A stretch of 64,000 bases of DNA, from the NCBI GenBank assembly GCA_965140785.1, contig OZ223519.1:32001-96000 (forward strand), written 5' to 3'. This document shows, piece by piece, positions 10,353 through 19,960 of this stretch. This DNA comes from an uncultured Ruficoccus sp. (lineage in GTDB: Bacteria > Verrucomicrobiota > Verrucomicrobiia > Opitutales > Cerasicoccaceae). Under the pieces are notes generated by a model. It was not told the DNA's origin, ran no database searches, and saw only the letters and a program-made list of their open reading frames with translations. The translations under genes were made by a program, and so were the position numbers. Within the stretch, counting starts at the first letter, position 1. Each line of letters begins with the position of its first letter.

Positions 10353-10365
10353 GTTGACAGTTGAA
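10353..10365 (-). promoter_or_regulatory. Operator-like box TTCAACTGTCAAC upstream of a putative pulA promoter
   Basis: On the minus strand: box, 11 nt, TTACAA, 17 nt, TAGCGT. Confidence 0.65.
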
Positions 10366-10423
10366 CAGCGGTCGATGCCCGTGCGCAGACGGGCGAGAGG
10401 AAGCTACGTAGCGCGGGCAATCT

Positions 10424-10436
10424 GTGAACTGTTTAA
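10424..10436 (+). promoter_or_regulatory. Operator-like box GTGAACTGTTTAA upstream of a putative GH31 promoter
   Basis: Box, 11 nt, TTTAAG, 16 nt, TAGGGT. Confidence 0.6.
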
Positions 10437-10684
10437 CGCGATCGGGCTTTAAGGTTCGTGAGCGGTTGGTAGGGTAGCGCTATTGCGAGGAGACTGACTC
10501 CTCTTCCCCTGTTGCTGAAAACCTCTGACTCTTCTCGCCGGGCGTTATGCCTCTGCCCGCGTTACCAGTCAGGATTTATCCCCTAACGTGACTGCCTTCG
10601 TCCGGTGTTGTTTTGCTGAGCAAGCCCGGCTTCGAGGACGGCCCCAACGACTCCTCACAAGCGTTCGTTTAACCCTGTCTTATC

Positions 10685-13600
10685 ATGATGAAAAAATATA
10701 AAAATGCCGCGGGCTTGAAGGGCCTCGGCGCGCAAAGAATCGCGTTGTTCGTCGCGCTCCTGTTTTTCGGATGGAGCACGGCTTTGTTTGGCCAGACGGT
10801 TACGGTCGGTTCCGTGACATCGGCGACCACGGCGACGGAATCGGGAAAACAGAAGGCGGTCTTTGCCCTGAGCACGGGCGGGGTCTGCGAAGTCATTCCC
10901 TACGCCCCGGACCTGATCCGGGTGAAGTTTGACTGGGGCGGTATCGAGTCCCACGAGGATGTCGCGATCGCCAAGCCCCTGGACCAGTGGCCCGCGTTCA
11001 GCGCCACCTTTACGGACGGCACCGTCTATACGATCGAGACCGACGAGCTGATCGTTCATGTGACGAAGAGCCCGAGCCTCAAGATCGACTTCATCGACAA
11101 GACCCAGAGCGGGCAATACCTGCTGCGCGACAAGCGCATGGAGTACGACACCGGCTACGATCCCTACAATGACACGTCCTTCCAGTTGCTCAAGAACAGC
11201 AACAACATCGCCGCCTGGTACCGTGTGCGCGTGGTGAAGGAAAGCCCGTCCAACGAGTCCTACTTCGGCCTGGGCGAAGTGCCCTTCCAGCTCAATCGCC
11301 GCGGGCAAGTAGTGCAGGGGTGGAACTCGGACGCCTTCTATTGGAATCAGGATAAGAACCCGATGTACATGACGATGCCGTTCATGTACGGCGTGCAGGC
11401 GGCCACCTCCACGCAGCCCGGTTTCACCTATGGTGTTTTCTGGAATAACCCGGCCCGTCCCAACTTCATGTTTCAGAAGGAGCGGCCCTATGGCGGTGCC
11501 CAGCGCGGCCAGTTGACCACGGTCAGCGACCAGTTTTCCTTTGAGGCGACCGAGGGCTATATTGACTACTTCTTCTTCGGCGGTGGCGACGATCATACGC
11601 CCGCGCAAGTGCTTTCCCGTTACTCCGAACTGACGGGCCTGCCGACGCTCCCGCCCCGCTGGGCGATGGGGCACCACCTCTCCCGCTGGACCTACACGGA
11701 AGACCAGATGCGTAACGTGGTCGCGACCGCGCGCGCGCAGGGTTATCCGCTTGATGCCGTCTACTTCGATATCGACTACATGGACAGCGACCCTCACATC
11801 GTCCCGCCCGGCGGCACTTTTGACGACAATGAGTACCGGGGCAACAACGACATGCGCCAGCTGACCTTTCAGGACGACCCCAATAACGCGAATTACTGGT
11901 TCAAGGATGGCGTCAGCCTGATCAGCTATCTGCACTCGAGCCATGTCAACGCGGTGCCCTTGATCGAAGCCTGGGTGACGACGCCTGACCCGCTGTGGTC
12001 GGAGGCCAACAGCGCCTCGCACTTGGTCAAGAGCAACAACGGCAGTTCCGCTGTCGCCTGGCTGTTCTTCGGCGACGTGTCCTTCATCGACTTTACCAGC
12101 TCCAGTGCCCAGAGCTGGTGGAAGACCAAGCAGAAGAACTACCTGAACACCTACGCCTTTGACGGTATCTGGAACGACCTCAACGAGCAGGCGGACGAGC
12201 GCGACACCGTCGCGCAGTCGCAGCCCATCCCGCTGAACGGCCTCTACTCGACGGACGGGCGCTATGGGTCGAGTACCAGCGACTATCGCCGCCAACAGAT
12301 CTACCTGAAGAACACCTATAACGTGTATCAGGCGAGCAATACCTACGCGACGCTGGCGGAGCAGTACCCGAACCGCCGCCCGTTTGTGCTCTCCCGGGCC
12401 GGTTGGCCGGGCATTCAGCGCTACGCCTTCAACTGGAGCGGTGATAACGTCAACGAAAGCGCGGGATCGGGCTACGGTCAGGTCCCCAGCCTGCGCGTGG
12501 GCTTGAGCACGATGATCTCCGGACAGGTGTACTTCGGGCATGACCTGGGGGGCTTCCTCGGGGATGTCTCCAGCGCATCGATGGCCCGCTGGGCCCAGTG
12601 GTGCAGCCTGATGCCCTTTTTCCGCAATCACTCCGGCAAATGGGACCAGTTGCGCGAACCCTGGCTCTATGCCAACGCGGCCCAGATCAAGAGCGCGATC
12701 GAGATGCGCTACGCGCTGATGCCGTACCTGTACTCGCTCGCTTACCGCGCCTCGCAGACGGGCCTCCCGCTGAACAACCCGATGTTCTTCTCCTTCCCGG
12801 ATGATTCGCAGACGCACCAGGCCAGCAGCGACACCGACTTCATGGTCGGCCCCTTCCTCATGGCCTCGCCCGTCTATCAGACCGGGGCCACCCAGCGCAG
12901 TTCCTATCTGCCCAGCGGCACCGACTGGTATTACTGGTACGGGGACGCCTTCCACAGCGGCGGCTCGACTGTGACGAAATCGACGCCGATCGATGTCATG
13001 CCGATGTATGTCACCGAGGGGGCCATCATCCCGATGGGCCCGGTCATGGAATACGCGAACGAATACCAGGCCGAGCAACTGCTCTTTCATGTCTGGCCGG
13101 GGGACGAGACGACGACGTTCACCCTCTATGAAGATGACGGTGAAAGCTTCGACTACGCGTCCGGAGAGTACGCGATCACCCCGCTGACCAACTCCACCAA
13201 CGCCGGAGTCTGGACCTTCACCATCGGGGCCAAGCAGGGCACGTACGACCATGGCCACACCTCCTACATGGTCGCCCGGCACGCGATTGACACTCCGACC
13301 ACGGTGCAGATCGGAGGCGTTGCCGCCGATCCGTATCCGAGCCTGAGCGCGCTCGAAGCCGAGGACACGGGCTACTACTACGACAGCTCGGCCCGGACGC
13401 TCTATCTCAAGACCGACGAGACCGAGCAGTCCGTGTCGATCACCGCGACGGACAGCACGGCCAACCAGATTACGATCTACTACATCACCGACTTCGCCGA
13501 GCGCATCCACTATGACGCGGGCATCGACGGGAGCTGGACGACGTTCCCGGGCGAGTTGCTCTATAGCAGCGTTTATCCCGGCGTGAAGGCCGTGACCATC

Positions 13601-14854
13601 CCCGCCACGAGCGTGGAGTTCGCCTTCACCGACGACGGCACGAACTGGGAAAACAACGGGGGCAGCAACTACACGATCAACTCCTCCGGGACCTACACGG
13701 TCGATCCGGTTTCCGGGACGATCATGAGCGGCGAGCCCAAGAGCTTCACGGTTTACTACTTGCCGCCCGCCGGTTGGACGTCCGTGAAGATGCACTACCA
13801 GGCCAACGGCGGAGACTGGACGGCGTTCCCCGGCGTGTCCATGGCGACCAGCTCGCTGGACCCGGACTACGTCGAGCTGAGCGTGTATGCCAACGAGCTG
13901 ACCCAGGTGGCCTTCACCGATGACGGCACGAATTGGGAAAACGACTCCGGCTCAAACTATGCGCTCACCCTGCCGGGCACGTACACGATCGACTCCACGG
14001 ACAACTCCGTCGTCAGCGGGACACCGGGCGGCATCCGTCTCTATTATGAAACGAGCTGGAGCACCCCGTACATCCACTACAATGCCGATGGGGCCGGCTG
14101 GACGACCACTCCGGGCGTGCAGATGCAGTCCACCGCGCTGTCGAACTTCAAGTACATCGAGATCAACGCCCAGAGCCTCGAGTTCGCGTTCAATGACGGC
14201 AACGGCACCTGGGACAGCAACAACGGGAGCAACTACGCCATCACCCAGCCCGGACTCTACACGGTGGGCTTCGGGGGTAACCTGCTGCCCGATTATAATC
14301 CGATCAGGATCGAGATCTACTACGATTCGGCCTTCACGCCGCAGACGCATATCCACTACAATGTGGACAACAAGGGCTGGACGACGCTCCCCGGCGAGCT
14401 GATGGTCGAGGACGCGAACTTCCCCGGTTATGCTTACCTCGCGATCGAAGGCACCTCGGTCGAGTTCGCCTTCACGGACGACGGCACAAACTGGGAGAAC
14501 AACTCGGGCAGCAACTACACGATCAGTGCTCCGGGCAAATACTCCATCGACGCGGCCACCCACAGCGTCAGCTCCGGCTATCCGGCTGTGACGATCTACT
14601 ACGCGACGACCTGGAGCCAGGCAAACATCCACTACAACGCCGACAGCGCCGGGTGGACCGCCCTGCCGGGCGTGACCATGGCGAACAGCTCCGTGCCGGG
14701 TTACAAGGTCATCACCCTCGACGCGACCGCGGTGGAGTTCGTCTTCAACAACGGCAGCGGCACCTGGGACAACGGTAGCGGTTCGAACTACACCGTCAGC
14801 GCCAAGGGTATCTATACCGTGGATAACGGCGTCCTGAGTGTCGGCGCACCTTGA
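10685..14854 (+). CDS. Secreted GH31 alpha-glucosidase/alpha-glucosyltransferase with five C-terminal CBM25-like starch-binding modules
   Basis: 1389 aa, signal peptide. GH31 motifs LPPRWAMG, YFDIDYM, DGIWNDLNE (nucleophile), WSGDN (acid/base), GHDLGGF, PFFRNH, LYEDDGES. Five repeats of IHY...WT..PG...(E/Q)(F/V)(A/V)F....W(D/E)N..G.NY. Confidence 0.9.
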   Translation: MMKKYKNAAGLKGLGAQRIALFVALLFFGWSTALFGQTVTVGSVTSATTATESGKQKAVFALSTGGVCEVIPYAPDLIRVKFDWGGIESHEDVAIAKPLDQWPAFSATFTDGTVYTIETDELIVHVTKSPSLKIDFIDKTQSGQYLLRDKRMEYDTGYDPYNDTSFQLLKNSNNIAAWYRVRVVKESPSNESYFGLGEVPFQLNRRGQVVQGWNSDAFYWNQDKNPMYMTMPFMYGVQAATSTQPGFTYGVFWNNPARPNFMFQKERPYGGAQRGQLTTVSDQFSFEATEGYIDYFFFGGGDDHTPAQVLSRYSELTGLPTLPPRWAMGHHLSRWTYTEDQMRNVVATARAQGYPLDAVYFDIDYMDSDPHIVPPGGTFDDNEYRGNNDMRQLTFQDDPNNANYWFKDGVSLISYLHSSHVNAVPLIEAWVTTPDPLWSEANSASHLVKSNNGSSAVAWLFFGDVSFIDFTSSSAQSWWKTKQKNYLNTYAFDGIWNDLNEQADERDTVAQSQPIPLNGLYSTDGRYGSSTSDYRRQQIYLKNTYNVYQASNTYATLAEQYPNRRPFVLSRAGWPGIQRYAFNWSGDNVNESAGSGYGQVPSLRVGLSTMISGQVYFGHDLGGFLGDVSSASMARWAQWCSLMPFFRNHSGKWDQLREPWLYANAAQIKSAIEMRYALMPYLYSLAYRASQTGLPLNNPMFFSFPDDSQTHQASSDTDFMVGPFLMASPVYQTGATQRSSYLPSGTDWYYWYGDAFHSGGSTVTKSTPIDVMPMYVTEGAIIPMGPVMEYANEYQAEQLLFHVWPGDETTTFTLYEDDGESFDYASGEYAITPLTNSTNAGVWTFTIGAKQGTYDHGHTSYMVARHAIDTPTTVQIGGVAADPYPSLSALEAEDTGYYYDSSARTLYLKTDETEQSVSITATDSTANQITIYYITDFAERIHYDAGIDGSWTTFPGELLYSSVYPGVKAVTIPATSVEFAFTDDGTNWENNGGSNYTINSSGTYTVDPVSGTIMSGEPKSFTVYYLPPAGWTSVKMHYQANGGDWTAFPGVSMATSSLDPDYVELSVYANELTQVAFTDDGTNWENDSGSNYALTLPGTYTIDSTDNSVVSGTPGGIRLYYETSWSTPYIHYNADGAGWTTTPGVQMQSTALSNFKYIEINAQSLEFAFNDGNGTWDSNNGSNYAITQPGLYTVGFGGNLLPDYNPIRIEIYYDSAFTPQTHIHYNVDNKGWTTLPGELMVEDANFPGYAYLAIEGTSVEFAFTDDGTNWENNSGSNYTISAPGKYSIDAATHSVSSGYPAVTIYYATTWSQANIHYNADSAGWTALPGVTMANSSVPGYKVITLDATAVEFVFNNGSGTWDNGSGSNYTVSAKGIYTVDNGVLSVGAP
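13462..14851 (+). repeat. Five tandem CBM25-like module repeats (about 92 aa each)
   Basis: TIYY/VYY...HY...WT..PG...AFTDDGTNWEN..GSNY units visible in the protein and in the DNA. Confidence 0.8.
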
Positions 14855-14884
14855 TTCTGGCCGCCCTGCATCCTGCTTAAACAC

Positions 14885-14920
14885 AACGCGTAACGGTTAA
14901 ACCCGTTACGCGTTTTTTTT
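14885..14920 (+). terminator. Intrinsic terminator after GH31
   Basis: Perfect 12-bp stem AACGCGTAACGG / CCGTTACGCGTT, loop TTAAAC, ending in a T8 tract. Confidence 0.85.
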
Positions 14921-15009
14921 GTGCCCGGATTGTGCATGATAGGAGGGCAGATCGCCGTCGGCCCCACCGACGGAGGCACGATCCCCAACCCCAGCGAGCG
15001 ATTATTTAT

Positions 15010-16146
15010 ATGGCGAAGGTAAACCTAACGAATCTGGTCAAGGAGTACCGCGATGGCAAACGCACGGTCTTCCGGGCGGTCAAGGGTATCGACCTGGAGA
15101 TCCGGGACCGCGAGTTTATGGTCCTGGTGGGCCCTTCGGGCTGCGGGAAATCCACCTCGCTACGGATGATCGCTGGCCTGGAAGATATTACGGACGGCAG
15201 CATCAGCATCGCCGACCGGGTGGTAAACGACGTGCTGCCGAAGAACCGCGATATCGCCATGGTTTTCCAGAACTACGCGCTCTATCCCCATATGAGCGTT
15301 TACGACAATATGGCCTTCGGCTTGAAGCTGATGAAGTATTCCAAGGCCGAGATCGACGAACGGGTCCGCTACGCCGCGGGAATCCTGGGGCTGGAGAGCC
15401 TGCTCGAGCGCAAGCCCAAGCAGCTCTCCGGCGGGCAGCGTCAGCGTGTCGCCGTGGGGCGGGCCATCGTCCGCAAGCCCAAGGTCTTTCTCTTTGACGA
15501 GCCACTCTCGAATCTGGATGCGAAGATGCGCGTGCAGATGCGCACGGAAATCTCGAAGCTCCACACCCGGCTGAACACGACCATGATCTATGTGACGCAT
15601 GATCAGGTCGAGGCCATGACCATGGGCGACCGTATCTGTGTGATGAAGGACGGGCACATCATGCAGGTGGCCGAGCCGCTGGAGCTGTACAACCGTCCGG
15701 CCAATATGTTTGTCGGCGGTTTTATCGGAAGTCCGCCCATGAATTTCTTCCGGGGAACGGTCCATCAGCACGATGGCGTTTTGTTTTTCACCGAGCGCAA
15801 CGATAGCGATAACGCCTTCGGCGTTGGCCTGGACGCCCGTTTTCGCGAGCAGGTCGGGCAGGGGATCGGGGGCGAGTTTGTGCTCGGACTGCGGCCCGAG
15901 GACCTGCGCCTGGCGCAGATGGGGGAGGAGCCCGCCGTGCGCGCAAAGGTGGAGGTGTCCGAGCCAATGGGCGCGGAGACGTATTTACATTTGGATACAG
16001 GTGGGCACGCGTTTGTCGCGCGGGTCGGTTGCTCGCAGCGTTTCCAGAGCGGCGAAATCGTTGGCCTGGTGCCCGATATGGGCAAGGCGCACCTCTTCGA
16101 CCCGATGACTGAGGCCAACCTCGCCACCGCGAACACGCGGAATTAA
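15010..16146 (+). CDS. malK: Carbohydrate ABC transporter ATP-binding subunit (MalK/MsmX/UgpC type)
   Basis: Walker A GPSGCGKS, signature LSGGQ, Walker B FLFDEP, YVTHDQ, C-terminal TOBE-type domain; start placed at MAKVNL. Confidence 0.9.
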   Translation: MAKVNLTNLVKEYRDGKRTVFRAVKGIDLEIRDREFMVLVGPSGCGKSTSLRMIAGLEDITDGSISIADRVVNDVLPKNRDIAMVFQNYALYPHMSVYDNMAFGLKLMKYSKAEIDERVRYAAGILGLESLLERKPKQLSGGQRQRVAVGRAIVRKPKVFLFDEPLSNLDAKMRVQMRTEISKLHTRLNTTMIYVTHDQVEAMTMGDRICVMKDGHIMQVAEPLELYNRPANMFVGGFIGSPPMNFFRGTVHQHDGVLFFTERNDSDNAFGVGLDARFREQVGQGIGGEFVLGLRPEDLRLAQMGEEPAVRAKVEVSEPMGAETYLHLDTGGHAFVARVGCSQRFQSGEIVGLVPDMGKAHLFDPMTEANLATANTRN

Positions 16147-16264
16147 CGTCTGCGAAGGTCGGCACCACGCACGTGGGGTGCCTTAACCCGGGCTTGCTGC
16201 GGCCTTCCGCCGCACGGTGCTGCTGCGTTGGGTGGGCGCTGGCGGGGTGAGCGGGTGGTCGTGG

Positions 16265-16277
16265 TTCAACTGTAAAA
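16265..16277 (+). promoter_or_regulatory. Operator-like box TTCAACTGTAAAA upstream of a putative amylase promoter
   Basis: Box, 11 nt, TTATCC, 16 nt, TAAAGT. Shares CGGGCTT at the same offset as the 10424 site. Confidence 0.62.
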
Positions 16278-16374
16278 CTCGAACGGGCTTATCCGGCTGC
16301 GCAGTTTTGCTAAAGTCAGCGTTGTCCGAGAACACGTGTTCTCTCTGCCCTTACCCCACCGAAAGGATACTCCC

Positions 16375-19272
16375 ATGAACCGCTTTGTCTCCCACGCTTG
16401 TCCGCTTCTGCCGGTTGTTTTCGTCATGTTGACGTTGGGCAGCCTTGTCTCGCACGCCGAATGGTATTTTCGGGGAACCCCGAACGGCTGGGACGCCGCG
16501 CCGATGACCCAGGTGGATGCGACCACTTACGAGATCGTTCAGAGCTTTGACGGCGAGGACACCAACGCCCGTTTCAAGATCGACCGCAGCGGTGACTGGG
16601 CCGAGAGCTACCCGGCGGCGGACCGCGTGGTCGATGACCACAAGACCTACCGCATCACGTTTGACACGGTGTCCAAGTCCATCACGACCGAGGAGATTCT
16701 GCCGCAGCAGACGTGGTACTTTCGCGGCACGCCCAACGCCTGGAATACGGCGGCCATGACCTACCTCGGCGCGAACCTGTACGAGTACATCGCCACCTTC
16801 GGTGGCGAGGAGAGCCCGGCGCGGTTCCTCATCGACCATACGGGGGACTTCTCCGAGCGCTATCCCGCGCAGGACTATCCGGTGGACGATTATAAAACGT
16901 ACCGCATCCTTTTTAACCAAGCGACCCAGGCGATCACGACGGAAGAGATCTGGTTGCCCGACACGTGGTATTTCCGCGGGACACCCAACGCCTGGAACAT
17001 GGCCGAGATGACGCGCCTGTCCACCAATACCTACGAGTATATCGCCACCTTCGATGGCGAGGAGAGCCCGTCGCGGTTCCTCATTGACCACACAGGCGAT
17101 TTCTCTGAGCGCTATCCTGCGCAGACGGATGTCAACGTGACCGATCAACGTATTTACCGGATCACCTTCAACAGCGACACGAAGGCGATCACGACGGAGG
17201 AGCTGGGAGTGATTGAGCCCTGGTATTTTCGCGGCACACCCAACGCCTGGAACACGGCGCAGATGACGCATCTGGGCAACGGTTATTACGAGTACATCGC
17301 CACGTTTGACGGCGAGGAGAGCCCGGCGCGGTTCCTCATCGATCGTTATGGCGATTTCTCTGAGCGATACCCGGCGCAGGACTATCCCGTTCAGGATCAC
17401 AAGACCTACCGCATCCTCTTCGATATCCTGACCAAGACGATCACCGTGAGCGAACTCGGCGTGAGCGGCGGGGATTTTCGGGAGGAGACGATCTATTTCG
17501 TGATGACGACGCGTTTCTACGACGGCGACCCCTCCAACAACATGAAGTGCTGGGACGGCGGCCTGAACCCCAGTACGGATCCGGCCTGGCGGGGAGATTT
17601 CAAGGGGCTGATCGAAAAGCTCGACTACATTAAGGCACTCGGTTTCTCGGCTATCTGGATCACCCCGGTGGTGAAAAACGCCAGCGGCTATGATTACCAC
17701 GGCTATCATGCCATCGACCACAGCAAGGTGGATTTCCGCTACGAATCCGCGGGCGTGAGCTACCAGACCCTGATCGATGAAGTGCATGCGCGGGGGATGA
17801 AGCTCGTTCAGGACATCGTACTCAACCACAGTTGCAACTATGGCGAGGAAAACCTCTACCCACTCTTCCAGCGTTCGGAGACGATCAACTTCAATGAAAC
17901 CGCCGACAGCGCCGTCACCATCGACGATCCGATGGGAGTGCTGCCGCTGGACTACGCGAGCCTGGCTCCGAATAACCAGTACGGTGCCCGCATTGACGCT
18001 ATGAAGGAGGACGCCAACGATGTGGACTTTATCTACCATCACGAGAAATCGCTTCAGTGGGAGGGCTACACGGTGCAGACCGGACAGATCGCCGGTGACA
18101 CGGTTGATCTTAATACGGAAAATCCCGTGACGGCGCAGTACCTGATCGACGCGTATAACCAGTACATTGATATGGGCGTGGACGCGTTTCGCATCGACAC
18201 GGTGAAGCATATCTCGCGGCTGACGTTCAACAACACGTTTGTCCCGGCCTTCAAACAGCGCGGGGGCGAGGACTTTTTCATGTTCGGCGAGATCGCAAGC
18301 CGTTACCGCCAGGTTTGGAACAGTAACATCCCTGCCATCTCCACCCCGTTCTATACCTGGGCCGAGACCGTGTCCTATCCGTGGGGTACACGCACGCTTA
18401 ACGAAGCTTCCGTCTACCAGCACTGGCAGGACAACTCGACGGTGGACAACGAGCCGATGAGCAACAATCACCGGCTCCTCGGCAACGACTATCACACGCC
18501 GGACTATTCGCTGAACTCGGGGATGGCGGTGATCGACTTTCCCATGCACTGGAACTTCCAGTACGCGGCCGATGCCTTCGGCGTCGCGGTGGGCGGGGAC
18601 CTGTGGTACAACGACGCCACGTTCAATGTGACCTACGTGGACTCGCACGATTACGCCCCGGATGGCGCGCCGGAGAACCAGCGCTTCGCGCAGCCTCAGG
18701 ACAGCTGGGCGGAGAACCTGAGCCTGATGTTCACGTTCCGTGGCATCCCGTGCATTTACTACGGCAGTGAGATCGAGTTCCAGAAAGGCATGCCGATCGA
18801 TGTCGGGCCGAATCAGCCGCTCTCGCAGACCGGGCGGGCATACTACGGAGATCATCTGCAGGGCAGCGTGTCCGTGAGTGATTTCGGCCAGTACAGTAGC
18901 GCCAGCGGCGAGATGGCCACTACCCTCAGCCATCCGCTGGCTCAGCATATCCGCCGCCTGAACCAGATCCGGCGTGCCGTGCCGGCCTTGCAAAAGGGGC
19001 AGTACTCGACCGACGGCATCAGCGGGGGAATCGCTTTTAAGCGCAGGTACACGGATGCCGAGACGGATAGCTTTGTTTTGGTGGCGATCAGCGGCGGAGC
19101 GACCTTTAGCGGCATCCCCAACGGAACTTATGTGGACGCCATTACCGGGGATGTGCAGAATGTCGTAGCGGGTAGCTTGTCGGCCTCTGTCAGTGGCAAG
19201 GGCAATATGAAAGTTTATGTGCTCAATGGCCCCGGAAAGATCGGCGAAGACGGGACTTACCTCAAGCCGTAA
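16375..19272 (+). CDS. Secreted GH13 alpha-amylase with four N-terminal tandem binding modules
   Basis: RBS GAAAGGA before ATG 16375; signal peptide; DFREETIYFVMTTRFYDGD, DIVLNH, DAFRIDTVKH, FGEI, YVDSHD. Resembles GH13_41-type amylases (tentative). Confidence 0.9.
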   Translation: MNRFVSHACPLLPVVFVMLTLGSLVSHAEWYFRGTPNGWDAAPMTQVDATTYEIVQSFDGEDTNARFKIDRSGDWAESYPAADRVVDDHKTYRITFDTVSKSITTEEILPQQTWYFRGTPNAWNTAAMTYLGANLYEYIATFGGEESPARFLIDHTGDFSERYPAQDYPVDDYKTYRILFNQATQAITTEEIWLPDTWYFRGTPNAWNMAEMTRLSTNTYEYIATFDGEESPSRFLIDHTGDFSERYPAQTDVNVTDQRIYRITFNSDTKAITTEELGVIEPWYFRGTPNAWNTAQMTHLGNGYYEYIATFDGEESPARFLIDRYGDFSERYPAQDYPVQDHKTYRILFDILTKTITVSELGVSGGDFREETIYFVMTTRFYDGDPSNNMKCWDGGLNPSTDPAWRGDFKGLIEKLDYIKALGFSAIWITPVVKNASGYDYHGYHAIDHSKVDFRYESAGVSYQTLIDEVHARGMKLVQDIVLNHSCNYGEENLYPLFQRSETINFNETADSAVTIDDPMGVLPLDYASLAPNNQYGARIDAMKEDANDVDFIYHHEKSLQWEGYTVQTGQIAGDTVDLNTENPVTAQYLIDAYNQYIDMGVDAFRIDTVKHISRLTFNNTFVPAFKQRGGEDFFMFGEIASRYRQVWNSNIPAISTPFYTWAETVSYPWGTRTLNEASVYQHWQDNSTVDNEPMSNNHRLLGNDYHTPDYSLNSGMAVIDFPMHWNFQYAADAFGVAVGGDLWYNDATFNVTYVDSHDYAPDGAPENQRFAQPQDSWAENLSLMFTFRGIPCIYYGSEIEFQKGMPIDVGPNQPLSQTGRAYYGDHLQGSVSVSDFGQYSSASGEMATTLSHPLAQHIRRLNQIRRAVPALQKGQYSTDGISGGIAFKRRYTDAETDSFVLVAISGGATFSGIPNGTYVDAITGDVQNVVAGSLSASVSGKGNMKVYVLNGPGKIGEDGTYLKP
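16462..17460 (+). repeat. Four tandem intragenic repeats (84-85 aa, WYFRGTPN(A/G)W modules)
   Basis: Units start at 16462, 16714, 16966 and 17221 (spacing 252/252/255 bp); units 2-4 are highly similar at DNA level. Confidence 0.92.
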
Positions 19273-19421
19273 GCTGTTGCTGATCGCGTACGCCACTTTT
19301 AGTATACATAATTATTATAAGTATGTAATTTCTGAGGAGATATCGATTTTGTGAAATATATTATATTATTAAAGTGTTGGTGAGGTGATCGGAAACGATG
19401 AAATATGTTATGTGACCTCTA

Positions 19422-19480
19422 CCGGGCCTGATCGTTAAACGTGGACGGCTAGGCGGGGCTCCTGAACTACGACCACCGGG
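19422..19480 (+). pseudogene. Tiny remnant of an integrase/transposase C-terminus
   Basis: Reads PGLIVKRGRLGG(+1)LLNYDHR, matching the C-terminus IRKSERLGGLLNYYYR of the transposase at 60936-62073. Confidence 0.55.
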
Positions 19481-19960
19481 TACCGGACCCCGATGAGCCC
19501 CCAGAAAAAGGGAGGGAGAGCCCGAAGCAGCCTGAACCCCCATTAGTTAACAGCTTTTCAACCACCGGAGATTGCGGAGAAAATCTTCAACTTTCCGAAG
19601 AGTGCCATGCTTGGGCAGCCAAGATTTCCGTTCGGAAACTCTCCCCGCTTCCGATTGACTCCAGAGACCCGAGACCACGTTTGGCTCGGGATTTTTTATA
19701 TCCCGCTGTCAGCAAAGGCTTACGAAAGCCACCCACACGGGACCGCTCTTCCTCTCCCTGCCATCTGAGAAACTGGCCTGTTAAGCACTTTTCGCCCACC
19801 GGCCCCCAAATGGCTCTTATTCTCCGTTTCTCCGCCAGAGACGCAAAATAAGTTAACAAGGCGTCAGCCTCGCCCCGAGCCTGACTGTTTCGGAAGCCAT
19901 TTTTTGTCGTTATCCAAAGGCGCTTGAAATCAACTGTTCTACAGAGTCCCCCGTGACAAG

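Noticed and set aside
10440..10684. Long GH31 leader as a riboswitch
   Set aside because: No conserved aptamer motif recognised and no leader terminator; an Rfam scan would be needed.
16462..17460. Tandem DNA repeats as a CRISPR array or non-coding repeat
   Set aside because: The units are 252-255 bp, in frame and protein-coding, with no spacers; no cas genes in the window.
19297..19375. AT-rich palindrome as a dif/Xer site
   Set aside because: No convincing XerD arm (TTATGTTAAAT-like) at the required 6-nt spacing.
19927..19941. ATCAACTGTTCTA as a further starch operator
   Set aside because: Partial match only, located 3' of a convergent gene with no downstream target.
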